Below, one piece after another: positions 1 to 12,265 of a stretch of DNA of 64,000 bases. The position numbers were made by a program, and so were the translations under genes. Below the pieces are notes generated by a model. That model did no database searches and was not told the origin of the DNA. It was given only the letters and a program-made list of their open reading frames with translations. Source of the DNA: Mobula hypostoma (taxonomy: Eukaryota); assembly GCF_963921235.1 (NCBI RefSeq), contig NC_086097.1:239632001-239696000 (forward strand). Reading direction: 5' to 3'. How positions within the stretch are numbered: position 1 is the first letter of the stretch; every line of letters begins with the position of its first letter.

Positions 1-1
1 T

Positions 2-148
2 GAAATGATGGAAGGAGAGAAAGTAGATATCTATATAGATTCAGAATATGCTCATGGAGTGTGTCATTTGTTTGGGGCAGTGTGGAAACAGAGAGGTTTT
101 AAAAAGAGCAATGGAGATCCCATACAGCACTATCAGCAGATTTTAGAA
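2..148 (+). pseudogene. pol: ERV pol, RNase H N-terminal segment (cut by a CR1)
   Basis: Translates EMMEGEKVDIYIDSEYAHGVCHLFGAVWKQRGFKKSNGDPIQHYQQILE and rejoins in frame with LIKALMKPK at 2392. Confidence 0.9.
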
Positions 149-2391
149 ACATAGAAAATAGGTGCAGGAGTAGGCCATTCGGCCCTTCGTGCCTGCACCG
201 CCATTTATTATGATCATGGCTGATCATCCAACTCAGAACCCCGCCCCAGCCTTCCCTCCATACCCCCTGACCCCCGTAGCCACAAGGGCCATATCTAACT
301 CCCTCTTAAATATAGCCAATGAACTGGCCTCAACTGTTTCCTGTGGCAGAGAATTCCACAGATTCACCACTCTCTGTGTGAAGAAGTTTTTCCTAATCTC
401 GGTCCTAAAAGGCTTCCCCTTTATCCTCAAACTGTGACCCCTTGTTCTGGACTTCCCCAACATCGGGAACAATCTTCCTGCATCTAGCCTGTCCAATCCC
501 TTTAGGATTTTATACGTTTCAATCAGATCCCCCCTCAATCTTCTAAATTCCAATGAGTACAAGCCCAGTTCATCCAGTCTTTCTTCATATGAAAGTCCTG
601 CCATCCCAGGAATCAATCTGGTGAACCTTCTTTGTACTCCCTCTATGGCAAGGATGTCTTTCCTCAGATTAGGGGACCAAAACTGCACACAATACTCCAG
701 GTGTGGTCTCACCAAGGCCTTGTACAAGTGCAGTAGTACCTCCCTGCTCCTGTACTCGAATCCTCTCGCTATAAATGCCAGCATACCATTCACCTTTTTC
801 ACCGCCTGCTGTACCTGCATGCCCACTTTCAATGACTGGTGTATAATGACACCCAGGTCTCGTTGCACCTCCCCTTTTCCTAATCGGCCACCATTCAGAT
901 AATAATCTGTTTTCGTATTTTTGCCACCAAAGTGGATAACTTCACATTTATCCACATTAAATTGCATCTGCCATGAATTTGCCCACTCACCCAACCTATC
1001 CAAGTCACTCTGCATCCTCTTAGCATCCTTCTCACAGCTAACACTGCCACCCAGCTTCGTGTCATCTGCAAACTTGAAGATGCTGCATTTAATTCCCTCA
1101 TCCAAGTCATTAATATATATTGTAAACAACTGGGGTCCCAGCACTGAGCCTTGCGGTACCCCACTAGTCACCGCCTGCCATTCTGAAAAGGTCCCGTTTA
1201 TTCCCACTCTTTGCTTCCTGTCTGCTAACCAATTCTCCATCCACATCAATACCTTACCCCCAATACCGTCTGCTTTAAGTTTGCACACTAATCTCCTGTG
1301 TGGGACCTTGTCAAAAGCCTTTTGAAAATCTAAATATACTACATCCACTGGTTCTCCCCATCCACTCTACTAGTTACGTCCTCAAAAAATTCTATGAGAT
1401 TCGTCAGACATGATTTTCCTTTCACAAATCCATGCTGACTTTGTCCAATGATTTCATCGCTTTCCAAATGTGCTGTTATCACATCTTTGATAACTGACTC
1501 CAGCAGTTTCCCCACCACCAACGTTAGGCTAACCAGTCTATAATTCCCTGGTTTCTCTCTCCCTCCTTTTTTAAAAAGTGGGGTTACATTAGCCACCCTC
1601 CAATCCTCAGGAACTAGTCCAGAATCTAACGAGTTTTGAAAAATTATCACTAATGCATCCACTATTTCTTGGGCTACTTCCTTAAGCACTCTAGGATGCA
1701 GACCATCTGGCCCTGGGGATTTATCTGCCTTCAATCCCTTCAATTTACCTAACACCACTTCCCTACTAACATGTATTTCACTCAGTTCCTCCATCTCACT
1801 GGACCCTCTGTCCCCTACTATTTCTGGAAGATTATTTATGTCCTCCTTAGTGAAGACAGAACCAAAGTAATTATTCAATTGGTCTGCCATGTCCTTGCTC
1901 CCCATAATCAATTCACCTGTTTCTGTCTGTAGGGGACCTACATTTGTCTTTACCAGTCTTTTCCTTTTTACATATCTATAAAAGCTTTTACAGTCCATTT
2001 TTATGTTCCCTGCCAGTTTTCTCTCATAATTTTTTCCCCTTCCTAATTAAGCCCTTTGTCCTCCTCTGCTGAACTCTGAATTTCTCCCAGTCCTCAGGTG
2101 AGCCACTTTCTCTGGCTAATTTGTATGCTTCTTCTTTGGAATTGATACTATCCCTAATTTCCCTTGTCAGCCACAGGTGCACTACCTTCCTTGATTTATT
2201 CTTTTGCCAAACTGGGATGAACAATTGTTGTAGTTCATCCATGCAACCTTTAAATGCTTGCCATTGCATATCCACCATCAATCCTTTAAGTGTCATTTGC
2301 CAGTCTATCTTAGCTAATTCACGTCTCATACCTTCAAAGTTACCCCTCTTTAAGTTCAGAACCTTTGTTTCTGAACTAACTATGTCACTCT
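144..2391 (-). mobile_element. CR1 LINE, 5'-truncated, ORF2 RT region with frameshifts
   Basis: ORFs 233-1348, 1339-1998 and 2024-2329 (KSPGPDG, QHGF, LDFQKAFD, GVPQGSVLGP, FADD, RPHLEYCVQFWSP); TTTCTATG-type 3' tail. Confidence 0.96.
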
Positions 2392-3754
2392 CTAATAAAA
2401 GCGCTGATGAAACCTAAAGCACTGGTTATAGTAAGATGCCAGGCACATAAAAAAGGAAACGATGCAGTAACAAAGGGAAATCAAGCTGCAGATGAAGCAG
2501 CCAGGAAAGCATCTGGGTGTACATCCGCTGTTATTGCACCTCAGGTAAGTCTAGAGCCGGAACCTATGGTAGAAGACCTAATTGAAATACAGGGAAAGGC
2601 AACTTTGGCAGAACAAACACTGTGGAGATGAAGGGGGGCCAAGCAGAACCCATAAGGCCTATGGACCATGGAAGATGGCCTACTGGTAGTTCCCACCCCT
2701 TTACTGACTATCCTGATCTCAGAAGCACATGGGATGGATCATTGTGCAAGGGGGGAAGTAATAAGGAAAATAAAAAAGGATGGATTTTGGTCGCTTTATT
2801 TACAGGCTTCAGTAAATCATGTATTGTCACAGTGCGAGGTATGCGCGCAGAATAATGTTCGAAAAGGAATTACAACCCCAATAGGTCATATACCCGTACC
2901 TGAAGGGCCATTTAAACACCTAGTGATTGACTATGTAGACATGATAAAAATAGTAAGAGGGAAAAGATACATGTTGGTGGTAATCGACAGATTCAGCAGA
3001 TGTGAGAGGCAGTACCCTCGAAAGATCAAGGGGCAGGAACAGTGGTGAAATTCCTGACAAACGAAGTGATCCCAAGGTTTGGGATACCGACAGAAATTAG
3101 CTCAGACAATGGTTCAGCTTTCATCCAAAAAGTGGTCATGTTAGTACTGCAAGCACTGAGAATAAAGCAGAGATTTGGATGTGTGTATCACCCTCAGTTG
3201 CAGGGTATGGTGTAAAGAATTAACGGGACCTTAAAAGCCAAACTAAACAAAATCTGTGCAGATACTAAACTCAACTGGGTCGATGCACTACCGTTAGCAT
3301 TAATGAGTTACCGCATGCAGACTAATTAGATGGTGTGTCTAACACTGCATGAAATGCTAACTGGAAGACCCATGCCGGTAGCCCAGAGGAGAGGACCACA
3401 TAAAGGGCCTAGTTTGGAACAACTGGAACAGTCTATTTATGCACAGGCAAAACAGAAAGAGCCGGAGATCGATCAAGGGGAATCAAGCCAGGCGATCAGG
3501 TCTACATGCGAGCGTTTCGAAGAAAGTGGAACGAACCCAGAAGGGAAGGGCCCTTTACAGTAACCAAAGCATCACCCACCGCAGTTCAAGTGGAAGGACA
3601 CTCCACCTGGTATCATCTCAATCACTGCACTAGAGCAATCCCGCAGGTACAGTCCGGTGGGCTGCCCGAGGTAAGTGGTGAAGAGAAACAAACAGTAGGG
3701 GACAGGCAAGAGCAACAAGAAGCTGACACTGAACACAGGAACTTGACCAAGTAA
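2392..3754 (+). pseudogene. pol: ERV pol, RNase H C-terminus and integrase (frameshifts and stops)
   Basis: AHGMDHCARG...CEVCAQNN (HHCC), LVIDYVDM, SSDNGSAF, HPQLQGMV*RINGTLK, EGPFTV...WYHLNHC. Confidence 0.92.
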
Positions 3755-3799
3755 TAAGGGAAATTTTTGGTCCTGAGGACAGGCCAGAAGACCCTAAGG

Positions 3800-5431
3800 A
3801 TGGGGTTATGGATGGTAGTACTCTTTCAGATAATGGGGACGACTTGGGGGCGACCAGTCCTGCCCCCCGGGATGATACACTCAGATACTCTTGTGCAGAT
3901 TTGGAGACCATTAATTTGGCAGATGTGGCATGGGACTGTTAGGATCCCACAAAACCTGAGAGAAAGGAGTAAGAGGAGCACAATGGTTACCTCCGTACCA
4001 TGGTACCAGAACATGTGGTACCAATGGGCAAATTATACAGCAGGGATGATGAAGAGACAGAATTGTTTTCTATGCTCAAGGGCAAGTCCAGTGCAACACG
4101 TAGCCCCCATGCCTTATAACTCCTCCACCTGCACGCAATGGCGAAAGGAGCGGAGGGGGCAGTGTGCGCGGCAGTGTCCAAGTGTAGTCAAGACCTGCAG
4201 TATGGGAATTTGTAGTGGGATGGATCCTTGTTATCAGAAATGTATTGATAACACACCAATGTGCCCTTATTGGTGTATGTTATACCAGACTTCCTCGCAG
4301 TTTGATCAAAACAAGCTTGCCTCTAACTGTAATTATAGCAGACCATGGGCTATAAATAAAAGAAGCCAGACACCCACATTGGGAAAGTTTAAAATGCAGG
4401 AACATTTGAGTTATGAATGTTTCACGCAGACGGGTGACCTCTCAGATGGGCATTTCTGTGGCAACTGTGTTAAGATTTGGGATGTAACCCCAGGCCGAAG
4501 ATACCAGACAGGCACCCCTCTGCCCGAGGATGCACTGAACTCCCAGACCATCCCGTTAGCAGATACCTGGAGGCTGTGTGGACAGAAGGAGGGTCTGAGA
4601 TCCACGCTTCCCCTTAATTGGGCGGGTACATGTACCCGTGTTATGCTGATTCAAGAAGTTGTAGTATCCCCTGAAATACAGTTTGACACCTCGAGGTAAC
4701 AGACACTAGAACGGAGGAGGAGAAAATATGAGCCTGACCTGACGATTCGGATCGACAGTATAGGACAGCCGAGAGGTATACCTAACGAGTATAAGGCAAG
4801 AAATGAGATTGCTGCGGGTTGGGAAGCACTTATACCCATAATAGGGGTTAGCAAAAATGTTGAATGGATAAGTTATATATATTATAATCAACAGAGATTC
4901 ATTAACTACACTGATGATGCACTGGAGGCCTTGGGGCAGCAGCTAGATGCAACCAGTAGAGTGGCGTGGCAAAATAGACAGGTACTAGACTGGCTATTGG
5001 CAGAGAAAGGAGGGGTTTGTGTAATGTTTGGAGAACAGTGCTGTACTTTTATACCGAATAGCACTAGTCCAGAGGGATCGTTTACCAGAGCAATGAATAA
5101 ACTGAAAAATCTAGGAAAGGAAGTTAAACAAAATGCAGAGTTTGGACACCAGTTCTTTGACTGGTTAAACAGTAAACTAGGAGGATGGGAAGCATGGCTG
5201 ATCAAGACTGCAGTAACCATTGGTATTGTATTGCTAAGCTGTGCAGTCATTCTGTGCTGTTTTCTTCCATGACTCAAGTCGCTTGTAGCGCGTGCTGCAA
5301 TGAAACCGTTTCCGATGCTTCTGGAAATTGTTGGGTCGAGCCCTATGGAGAAGGAGGCACCGATGATGTATTCGTGCAGTCTACGAGACATGCAAGACGA
5401 ACAGGAGAGAGATGAGATATGTGGGGATTAG
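3800..5431 (+). pseudogene. env: ERV envelope; single frame with two in-frame stops (TAA 4697, TGA 5270)
   Basis: Signal-peptide-like MGLWMVVLFQIMGTTWG, CFLC (CXXC), basic site ERRRRK, DSIGQPRGIPNEYKARNEIAAG, ISD WQNRQVLDWLLAEKGGVC, CX6CC, TM helix. Confidence 0.92.
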
Positions 5432-5652
5432 GCTGTGAAGTGAGTCTTTTTCCCTGTCTCAGATACGAAGGGACGGGTTTTTGGCTCAGCGGCCTAGGGA
5501 GGTAGGGAGAGAACACTTTGAGTCTTAAGCGCAGGAAACTATAGTTTAACCCAAAATTGGGAGTAAATGCGTGGCTTTATTTGAGCTTTTGTGCATAGAC
5601 TCTCAGTCCTCTCTCTCTCTGTATGAGACCCTGTGGGTCTCAAAGGGTGGAT

Positions 5653-6253
5653 TATATTGCAAAATGTAAATGCATACATTGTATTTTCTATATTTACTAT
5701 ATATGTATTACAGTATTTAATCAACAGTATTTCAGTATTTACTCGAATGCACACATTATATTTTCTATATTTACTACGTAACCACTGCTAGCTGAATAGG
5801 GGGTATTCACTACGTAGCCATGACTTTTGACCTAATCACTATTAATTCATGAAGAGAACTAGAATGAAACCAAGTAGAAAGATAACGGTGGCGAGTAAGG
5901 TAATGAAATATGTGGCAGTATGTCAAAACAAGACTAATTAAGAAATAACTGTGGTTAGGGATGAGGGGACACCTGGTCTAAAATATAAACTAGGACATCA
6001 TTAAATTGGGGAGTAAAACAATAGTGGAAAGTCGAGAGCGGATATATTGATGATATTTAATCACAGGCCGACTGGATATGATAATGTAGCTAAGATAGGA
6101 AATTGCTATAAAAAATGCTGTATACAAGCCTCGGGGGGCAGTCAGCAACTAGCTTTCTGATTGTCTCAGCTTTGATTTGCAAATTAAAGTTTAAAACTTC
6201 TTGAGGGATTTTCTGCGTCTCCTTGTCGTTTGTGAGAAACGAGAAACCACGAC
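5653..6253 (+). repeat. ERV 3' LTR (approximate ends)
   Basis: Follows the PPT; TATAAA about 6107; ATTAAA about 6183; ends ...AAACCACGAC, where Penelope-tail sequence resumes. Confidence 0.7.
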
Positions 6254-6721
6254 GCTCTCAGCTCCATCCCTCTGTGGTAAAACATGTATATATGTTGTAA
6301 CTCGGTTACCTGTCTGGACACACACCTCTGCTGACTGCCCCTGTGGCTCCTCCCACAGAGTCCTGTATAAAGGTGTTCGCCTTGCCCCTCCCCCTCAGTC
6401 CGGGGTCAGACACTCACTGTGGAGGTCGTATTGTATAGTGAATAAAAGCCTTTCAGTATTTTACCAAACCTCACTCTTTTGGAGTAATTGAAGGTGCTTC
6501 ACCCTCCCCCTCCTGTCTTCTCCTATCATTTTGGATCTCCCCCTCCCCCTCCAACTTTCAAATCCCTTACTCACTCTTCCTTCAGTTAGTCCTGACGAAG
6601 GGTCTTGGCCTGAAGCGTCGACTGCACCTCTTCCTAGAGATGCTGCCTGGCCTGCTGCGTTCACCAGCAACCCTTATGTGTGTTGCTTGAATTTCCAGCA
6701 TCTACAGAATTCCTGTTGTTC
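6254..6721 (+). mobile_element. Penelope-like 3' terminal repeat; hosts a solo LTR and abuts the ERV 3' end
   Basis: Colinear with 46508-46700 once the solo LTR is removed; contains a degenerate hammerhead motif at 6588-6623. Confidence 0.8.
6273..6501 (+). mobile_element. Solo LTR, 229 bp
   Basis: TG...CA ends, perfect 5-bp TSD CCCTC (6268-6272, 6502-6506), TATAAA and AATAAA; second copy at 15771. Confidence 0.9.
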
Positions 6722-7476
6722 TAGTTCCATCTTTAATATCTTTACTTTTCACTTTCAGGATTCTTTGGAAGACCCTGACCTGGAGTTATACGCTGACTTT
6801 GGTTCTTTGCGGGACTGGGACCCGCTCTCGGGGTTTCATACTCAGTCGTTGTTGCTCAGCACACCAAGGGCTCGGCCTAAGAGTCCGGCTTGGATTTTGA
6901 AGCCTAGGATCTCGGGGCTCTGGAGACGGGCGGATCGAGGATCGGTGTCACGGCAGGAGACCAACGTATCGTCAGGTGAGTTGGGATATCTGTTGTGTGC
7001 CCGAAGACCCGAGATCTTTGAGATCTTCTGGCACAGAGCTCAAAAAAAAACGACGTAACGGACTTCTAATATTGTAAACCAGTGAGTTGTTTATTATGTC
7101 TTCCTGCTCACTGAGAAAACGGAGACACCTCCTTCACCCATATTAGGGAGAGAGAGAGAGAGCCTGTGGTATGTCAAATACCGGGTGAAACGTGAAGTCT
7201 TTGGGGCAACTGCAAGTCTGTGTCAGGCCTGAGTGCTCGATGGCAGGTGCCGATGCTTTTTTTTTGCCAGTGGGAGGAGGGGGGGGTCGTGGCTTGCTGC
7301 CGCTTACACACGGGAAGGAGGGAGCTGGGGGGGTACTTTAGGGTTCTAACATTTAACTGTCATTCATTTTGTGGGGCACTTCTCTGTTTTCCTGGATGTT
7401 TGCCAAGAGCAAACATTTCAGGATGCATATTGTATACATTTCTCTGACACAAAATTGGGCCTTCGAACCTTTGGAA
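6722..7476 (+). mobile_element. Probable non-autonomous retroposon, GC-rich body with LINE-like 3' tail
   Basis: CpG-rich non-coding body ending in a TTGTATACATT...CTTCGAACCTTTGGAA tail; family not identified. Confidence 0.4.
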
Positions 7477-8680
7477 ATCTGGATGAGTGGTGCCACAACA
7501 ACAACCTCTTACTCAATGTTAGGAAGACCAAGGAACTGATTATTGATTTCAGGAGGAGGGAACTAGATATCCATGAGCCAGTCCTCATCAGGGGGTAAAA
7601 GGTAGAAAGGGTCAGCAATTTAAAATTCCTTGGTGTTATCACTTCAGAGAACCTGTCCAGGACCCAGCACATAAATGCAATTAGGAAGAAAGCACAGTAG
7701 CTCCTGTGCTTCTTAGAGGTTTGTGAAGATTCGCATTGGCAGTTAATGCTTTGACAAAGTTCTATAGATGTGTAGTGGAGAGTATATTGACAGGTTGCAT
7801 TACAGCCTGGTATGGAAACGCCAATGCCCTTGAACAGAAAATCTTGGAGAAAGTACTGGATACAGCCCATTCCATCACAGGTAAAACCCTCCCCTCCATT
7901 GAGCACATCCATTGCAGGAAATCAGCATCCATCATCGGGGACCCCCTATCACCCAGGACCCTTTTCACTGCTGCCACCAAGAAGAAGATACAGAAACTTC
8001 AGGAAACACACTACCAGGTTCAGGAACAGTTACTACCCCTCAAACATCAAGCTCTTGAACCAAAGAGGATAACTTCACTCAACTTAATTTGTCCCATCAC
8101 TGAACAGTTCCCACATCCTATGGAGACATTGTCCAAGTTGCATGCACAATGTCTCCCATCCACTACATAATGTACTGGTTGGGCACAGGAGTACATTCAG
8201 CCAGAGACTCATTCCACCGAGACGCAACACAGAGCGTCATAGGAAGTCATTCCTGCTTGTGGCCATCAAACTTTACAACTCCTCCCTTGGAGGGTCAGAC
8301 ACCCTGAGCCAATAGGCTGGTCCTGGACTTATTTCCTGGCATAATTTACATATTACTATTTAATTATTTATGGTTTTGTTACTATTTAATGATTTATGGT
8401 GCAACTGTAACGAAAACCAATTTCCCCTGGGATCAATAAAGTATGACTATGACTATGACTTTCAAGGATTCTTCATCTCATATTCTTGATATTTATTGCT
8501 TCTTTCTTTCTTTTTTAATTTATTACTATTTATTTCATTTTGTATGTCCGTAGTTTATTATCTTTCACACACTGGTTGTTTTCCCACCCTGATGAATGCT
8601 ATCTTTCTTTGATTCTATCATGGTTCTTGGACATACTGAGTGTGCCCATTAGAAAACGAATATAGTGACATGTCTCCTAT
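7477..8680 (+). mobile_element. Rex1/Babar-type LINE 3' fragment, with a second Rex1-type 3' end (about 8125-8460, (TATGAC)n tail) nested inside
   Basis: WCHNNNLLLNVRKTKELIIDFRR; FYRCVVESILTGCITAWYGN; LLPPRRRYRN. Confidence 0.82.
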
Positions 8681-8684
8681 AAAA

Positions 8685-9527
8685 ATGTTATTCGCTTCTC
8701 TCCACTTCTTCACCTCTGCTGCATCTATTCCTAGGATGTGGCTTTCCATTCCAAGGCAGGGTGGGTAGGGATATGGGGAGAAGGCAGGAGATTGGGGCTG
8801 AGAGGGAAATTGGGTCAGCCACGATGAAATGCTGGCACAGACTTGATGGGCCAAATGGTCTAATTCTGTTCCTATATCTTATGGACATCAGAGATGTCCT
8901 CCTTCTTTGAAGACCGGAGTTTCCCTCCCTCTAGTATTGATTCTGCCCTCTATCACATCTTCTCCATTTCCCATACATCTGCCCTCACTTGCATCTTCTC
9001 TATTTCCCCTACATCTGCCCTCGCCGTATCTTCCCACTGCCTTAATAGTGATAGTGTCCCACTTGTCCTTATCTGTCACGCACATCCAACACATTATCCT
9101 TCGCAACTTTTGCTATCTCCATGGGGGATCCAATCACTGAACATATCTACACCTCCCCCCCTTTGCTTTCTGCAGAGATCGCTCCCCCTGTGATTCCCTG
9201 GCCCATTCATTCCTCCCCACTAATCTCCCTCCAGGCACTCATACCTGCAAGAGGCCTAAGTTACACACCTGGCCATACACCTCTTCCCTCACAAACTTTC
9301 ACAGCCCCAGACGGTCCTTCCATGTGAGGCAGCACTTCACCCACGAATATACTGGGGTCGTTTGTTGTATCCAGTGCTCCTGATGTGGCTACCTCTACAT
9401 TGCTCAGACTCTTCGTAAATTAGGGGACTGCTTTGTCGAGTATCTCTGCACCATTCCCTACAAGTGAGACTTCCTGGTGGCCAAACATTTTAATTCCGAT
9501 TCCAATGCCGTTTCTGATGTATCGGTC
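8685..9527 (+). mobile_element. Penelope-like element fragment (RT C-terminus and GIY-YIG endonuclease), interrupted by a CR1 3' end at about 8757-8885
   Basis: TSEMSSFFEDRSFP; degenerate GVVCCIQC..CG.LYI and VAKHFNS motifs, homologous to 22135-22470. Confidence 0.75.
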
Positions 9528-9586
9528 CGTGATGTCCTATGGACTCGCTTTCAAGGACTCTTCATCTCATGTTCTCAATATTTATT

Positions 9587-9670
9587 GCTTGCTTGCTTGC
9601 TTGCTTGTTTGTTTGTTTGTTTGTTTGTTTGTTTGTTTGTTTGTTTATTTATTTATTTATTTATTTATTA
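9587..9670 (+). repeat. Compound microsatellite (GCTT)n(GTTT)n(ATTT)n in a LINE tail
   Basis: Directly visible. Confidence 0.95.
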
Positions 9671-9741
9671 TTTGTTTCTTTTTGTCTTTTGCACAGTAGT
9701 TGTTTGTCCACCCTATCGGTACAAGATTCTTATTTTTCTCA

Positions 9742-9985
9742 TTTAGAGGTACACCATGGTATCTGGCCCTTCTTGCTCAATGAGCCTGTGCTCAATTATA
9801 CCCAATGCCACCAATTAACCAACAATCCTGTACATCTTTGGATAATGGGAGGAAACCGGAGCACCTGGAAGAAATCCATGCAGTTATGCGGAGAACGTAC
9901 AAACTGCTTAAGGCAGTAGCAGGAATTGAACTCATGTTGCTGGCGATTTAAAGCTTTATACTAACCACTACACTTCAATGCCACC
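9742..9985 (-). mobile_element. tRNA-derived V-SINE (HE1-like)
   Basis: Reverse complement of the V-domain (GGGAGGAAACCGGAGCACCTGGAAGAAATCC) plus a tRNA-like head. Confidence 0.75.
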
Positions 9986-10189
9986 TCTAAGCACAGTACT
10001 GATGCTACTTTCAAAGTAAAAGGTACAAAGGTTCATCAGCCAGCCTCTTCCAATCCACCAAGATCTGCAATGAAGTGCTTCGGATACCATGGCAACAGGA
10101 GGTCCAAGAAGGCAATGAGAGGGTGCTGCATTCTCTGTGAAGCAGAAGACCCTGGAGAGACTGAAGACTTGAATATAAAAATTAAAAAT

Positions 10190-10540
10190 GAGCTTTATTT
10201 GTCACATGTGTATTGAAGCATCAAAAATTACAGTAATATGCTTTGTTTGAGTCAACGACTAACGCAGTCCAAGGATGTGCTGGTGGCAGTTTGCAAGTGA
10301 CACTCTGCTTTTGGCGCCAACATGGCGAGCCCTTAACTTACTACACGCAAAAGTCTGCAGTTGCTGGAAATCCAAAGCAACACACACGAAATGCCCACGA
10401 CTAATCGTACATCTTTATGGGAGGAAATTGGAGCACCAGGAAGAAATCCACGTGAACGTGAGGAGAACACATAAAGACTTCATAGACAGCGGCAGAAATT
10501 GAACCCGGGTCACTGACGCTAACTGCGATGCCACCATGAT
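10190..10540 (-). mobile_element. tRNA-derived V-SINE
   Basis: GGGAGGAAATTGGAGCACC V-domain; reverse B box TTGAACCCGGG. Confidence 0.72.
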
Positions 10541-11465
10541 GACCATGAGCAACTGTTCATCTGAAAGGTCAGTTATGACTTTTCTTTCGGATCCAATTGT
10601 GTGATATTTGCAGTGTACCTAAATGAGATATACATTTAACTCTATGATGACGTAACTGTGACACCCCAATATATCTATGCTTTATAACCATGTTTCGATG
10701 GCAACACCGCCATCATAATGTCTGACACGATTGCATCCTGAGTCCCCTATTCTACTCCTTAAATTTATGACTGCTTGGCCAGATTCACCTCCAGCTCCGT
10801 TTGTAGGTTTGTAAAAGATGCCATCGTAGTGGGCCAGATCTCAAATAACAATGTGTCAGAGCACACAAAGGAGATAGAGAGGCAAAACCAATATTGTTCA
10901 ACAGGAGATGATAACAAATCCTGAAACACTGCCTTATCTTTTGCTTTCCAAGTGGACAGTTGTAAACTTGCTGTGGTTCCTTTCTAATTCTGACTCTTTC
11001 TACAAGTTGCTTGGAAATTTAAGTCCAAACTTAATAAACTAGCACCTGACAAGTGCTGCAATAAACAGGAAAGGATCTATTTCATTAAGAGCCACAGATG
11101 CCAACTCTTTTTTTCTGTTTCTCCGATGCTTATCTTAAAACTGCCGAGCCAATTATTCACCAATATGGTCATGAAAGTAAGTCAAGAGAAACAATCCAAT
11201 ATATCCCATTGTTTCAGCGAACATCTAATCTACAGTGTCAGCTAAATCAGATACTTACAAACTAAACTTAAAAGTATCCTGAGATTGAACCACTTCTAAC
11301 TTTTTTAAGTAAAAGTTCACCAAAAGATAAATGTAATCTCAAGAGATTAAACCAAATCTTAATCCTTTATATATACCTACATGCAGCAAATTTTTAATAC
11401 TTTTGCAGTATGTGGATTTTCTTGGTGAGGTTCTTAATACCAGTCCTCAATTTCTTCTGAACCTC

Positions 11466-12128
11466 AGAATCTGAATCAGAATTAGGTCTAATATCATCAG
11501 CATATGCCATGAAATTTGTTGTCTTTGTGGCAGCAGTACAATACAATACATAATAATAGAAAAATGCTGTGAATTACAGTAAGTGTGTGTATATATATAT
11601 ATGCTAAATTAAATAAGATCTGCAAAAATAGAAATTTTAAAAAGTAGTGAGGTAGTATTAATAGTTTCGATGTATATTCAGAAATAAGATGGCAGAGGAG
11701 AAGCTGTTGCTGAATCATTGAGTGGACATTTTCAGGCTCCTGTACCTCCTCCCTGATGATAGAAATGAGAACAAGGCGTGGCCTGGGTGATGGGAGTCCT
11801 TAATGATGGACACCAACCTTTTAAGCGATCGCTCCTTAGAGGTGTCCTGGAAACTACGGAGGCTAGTGCCTATGATGGAGCTGAGGAAGTATACAACTAT
11901 TTTGTGCAGTAGCATATTCCACATACCAGGTGGCCATGCAGCCAGTTAGAATGCTCCCCACAGTACATCAGTAGAAATTCGTGAGTGTCTTTGGTGACAT
12001 ACCAAATCTCTTCAAACTTCAAATGAAATATTGCCACAGTCGTGCCTTCTTTGTATCAGCATCAATTTGTTCGGTCCAGGTTAGATCATCAGAGACGCTG
12101 ACATCCTGGAACCTGAAAATGCTCATGC
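11466..12128 (-). mobile_element. Rex1/Babar-type LINE 3' fragment
   Basis: SIIKDSHHPGHALFSFLSSGRRYRSL; DDLTWTEQID..KKAR; (ATTCTG)n tail. Confidence 0.8.
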
Positions 12129-12265
12129 TGGACCTTAGAAGTTTGGGTCCAGTGTTACAAATAGTCATCACAACTGAGGTCTTCCTTGGCTGCAGTGGAT
12201 GACCATCATATCTTCTGTGCTTTGCAATGTCTTTCACTCTCCATGAAGTGGTACAGGAGCGCCTT

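Larger units (their letters stand above)
1..6253 (+). mobile_element. Endogenous retrovirus (class I / epsilon-like), 3' part: pol RNase H-integrase, env, PPT, 3' LTR; 5' part lies outside the window
   Basis: RNase H (VDIYIDSEYAHG...CQAHKKG...GNQAADEAA), integrase HHCC and DDE-region motifs, gamma-type env with ISD and CX6CC, purine tract CAAAGGGTGGAT near 5641 followed by LTR-like sequence. Confidence 0.93.

Noticed and set aside
189..1325. Plus-strand ORFs over the CR1, and similar antisense or alternate-frame ORFs over the other CR1 and Gypsy copies
   Set aside because: Shadow frames of transposon coding sequence with no independent protein motifs
9433..9919. Hydrophobic ORFs (CLFVCLFV...) that look like membrane proteins
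   Set aside because: Translation of a tetranucleotide microsatellite
11253..11380. Minus-strand exon ending at a GTAAGT donor
   Set aside because: All three frames from the nearest plausible acceptor contain stops
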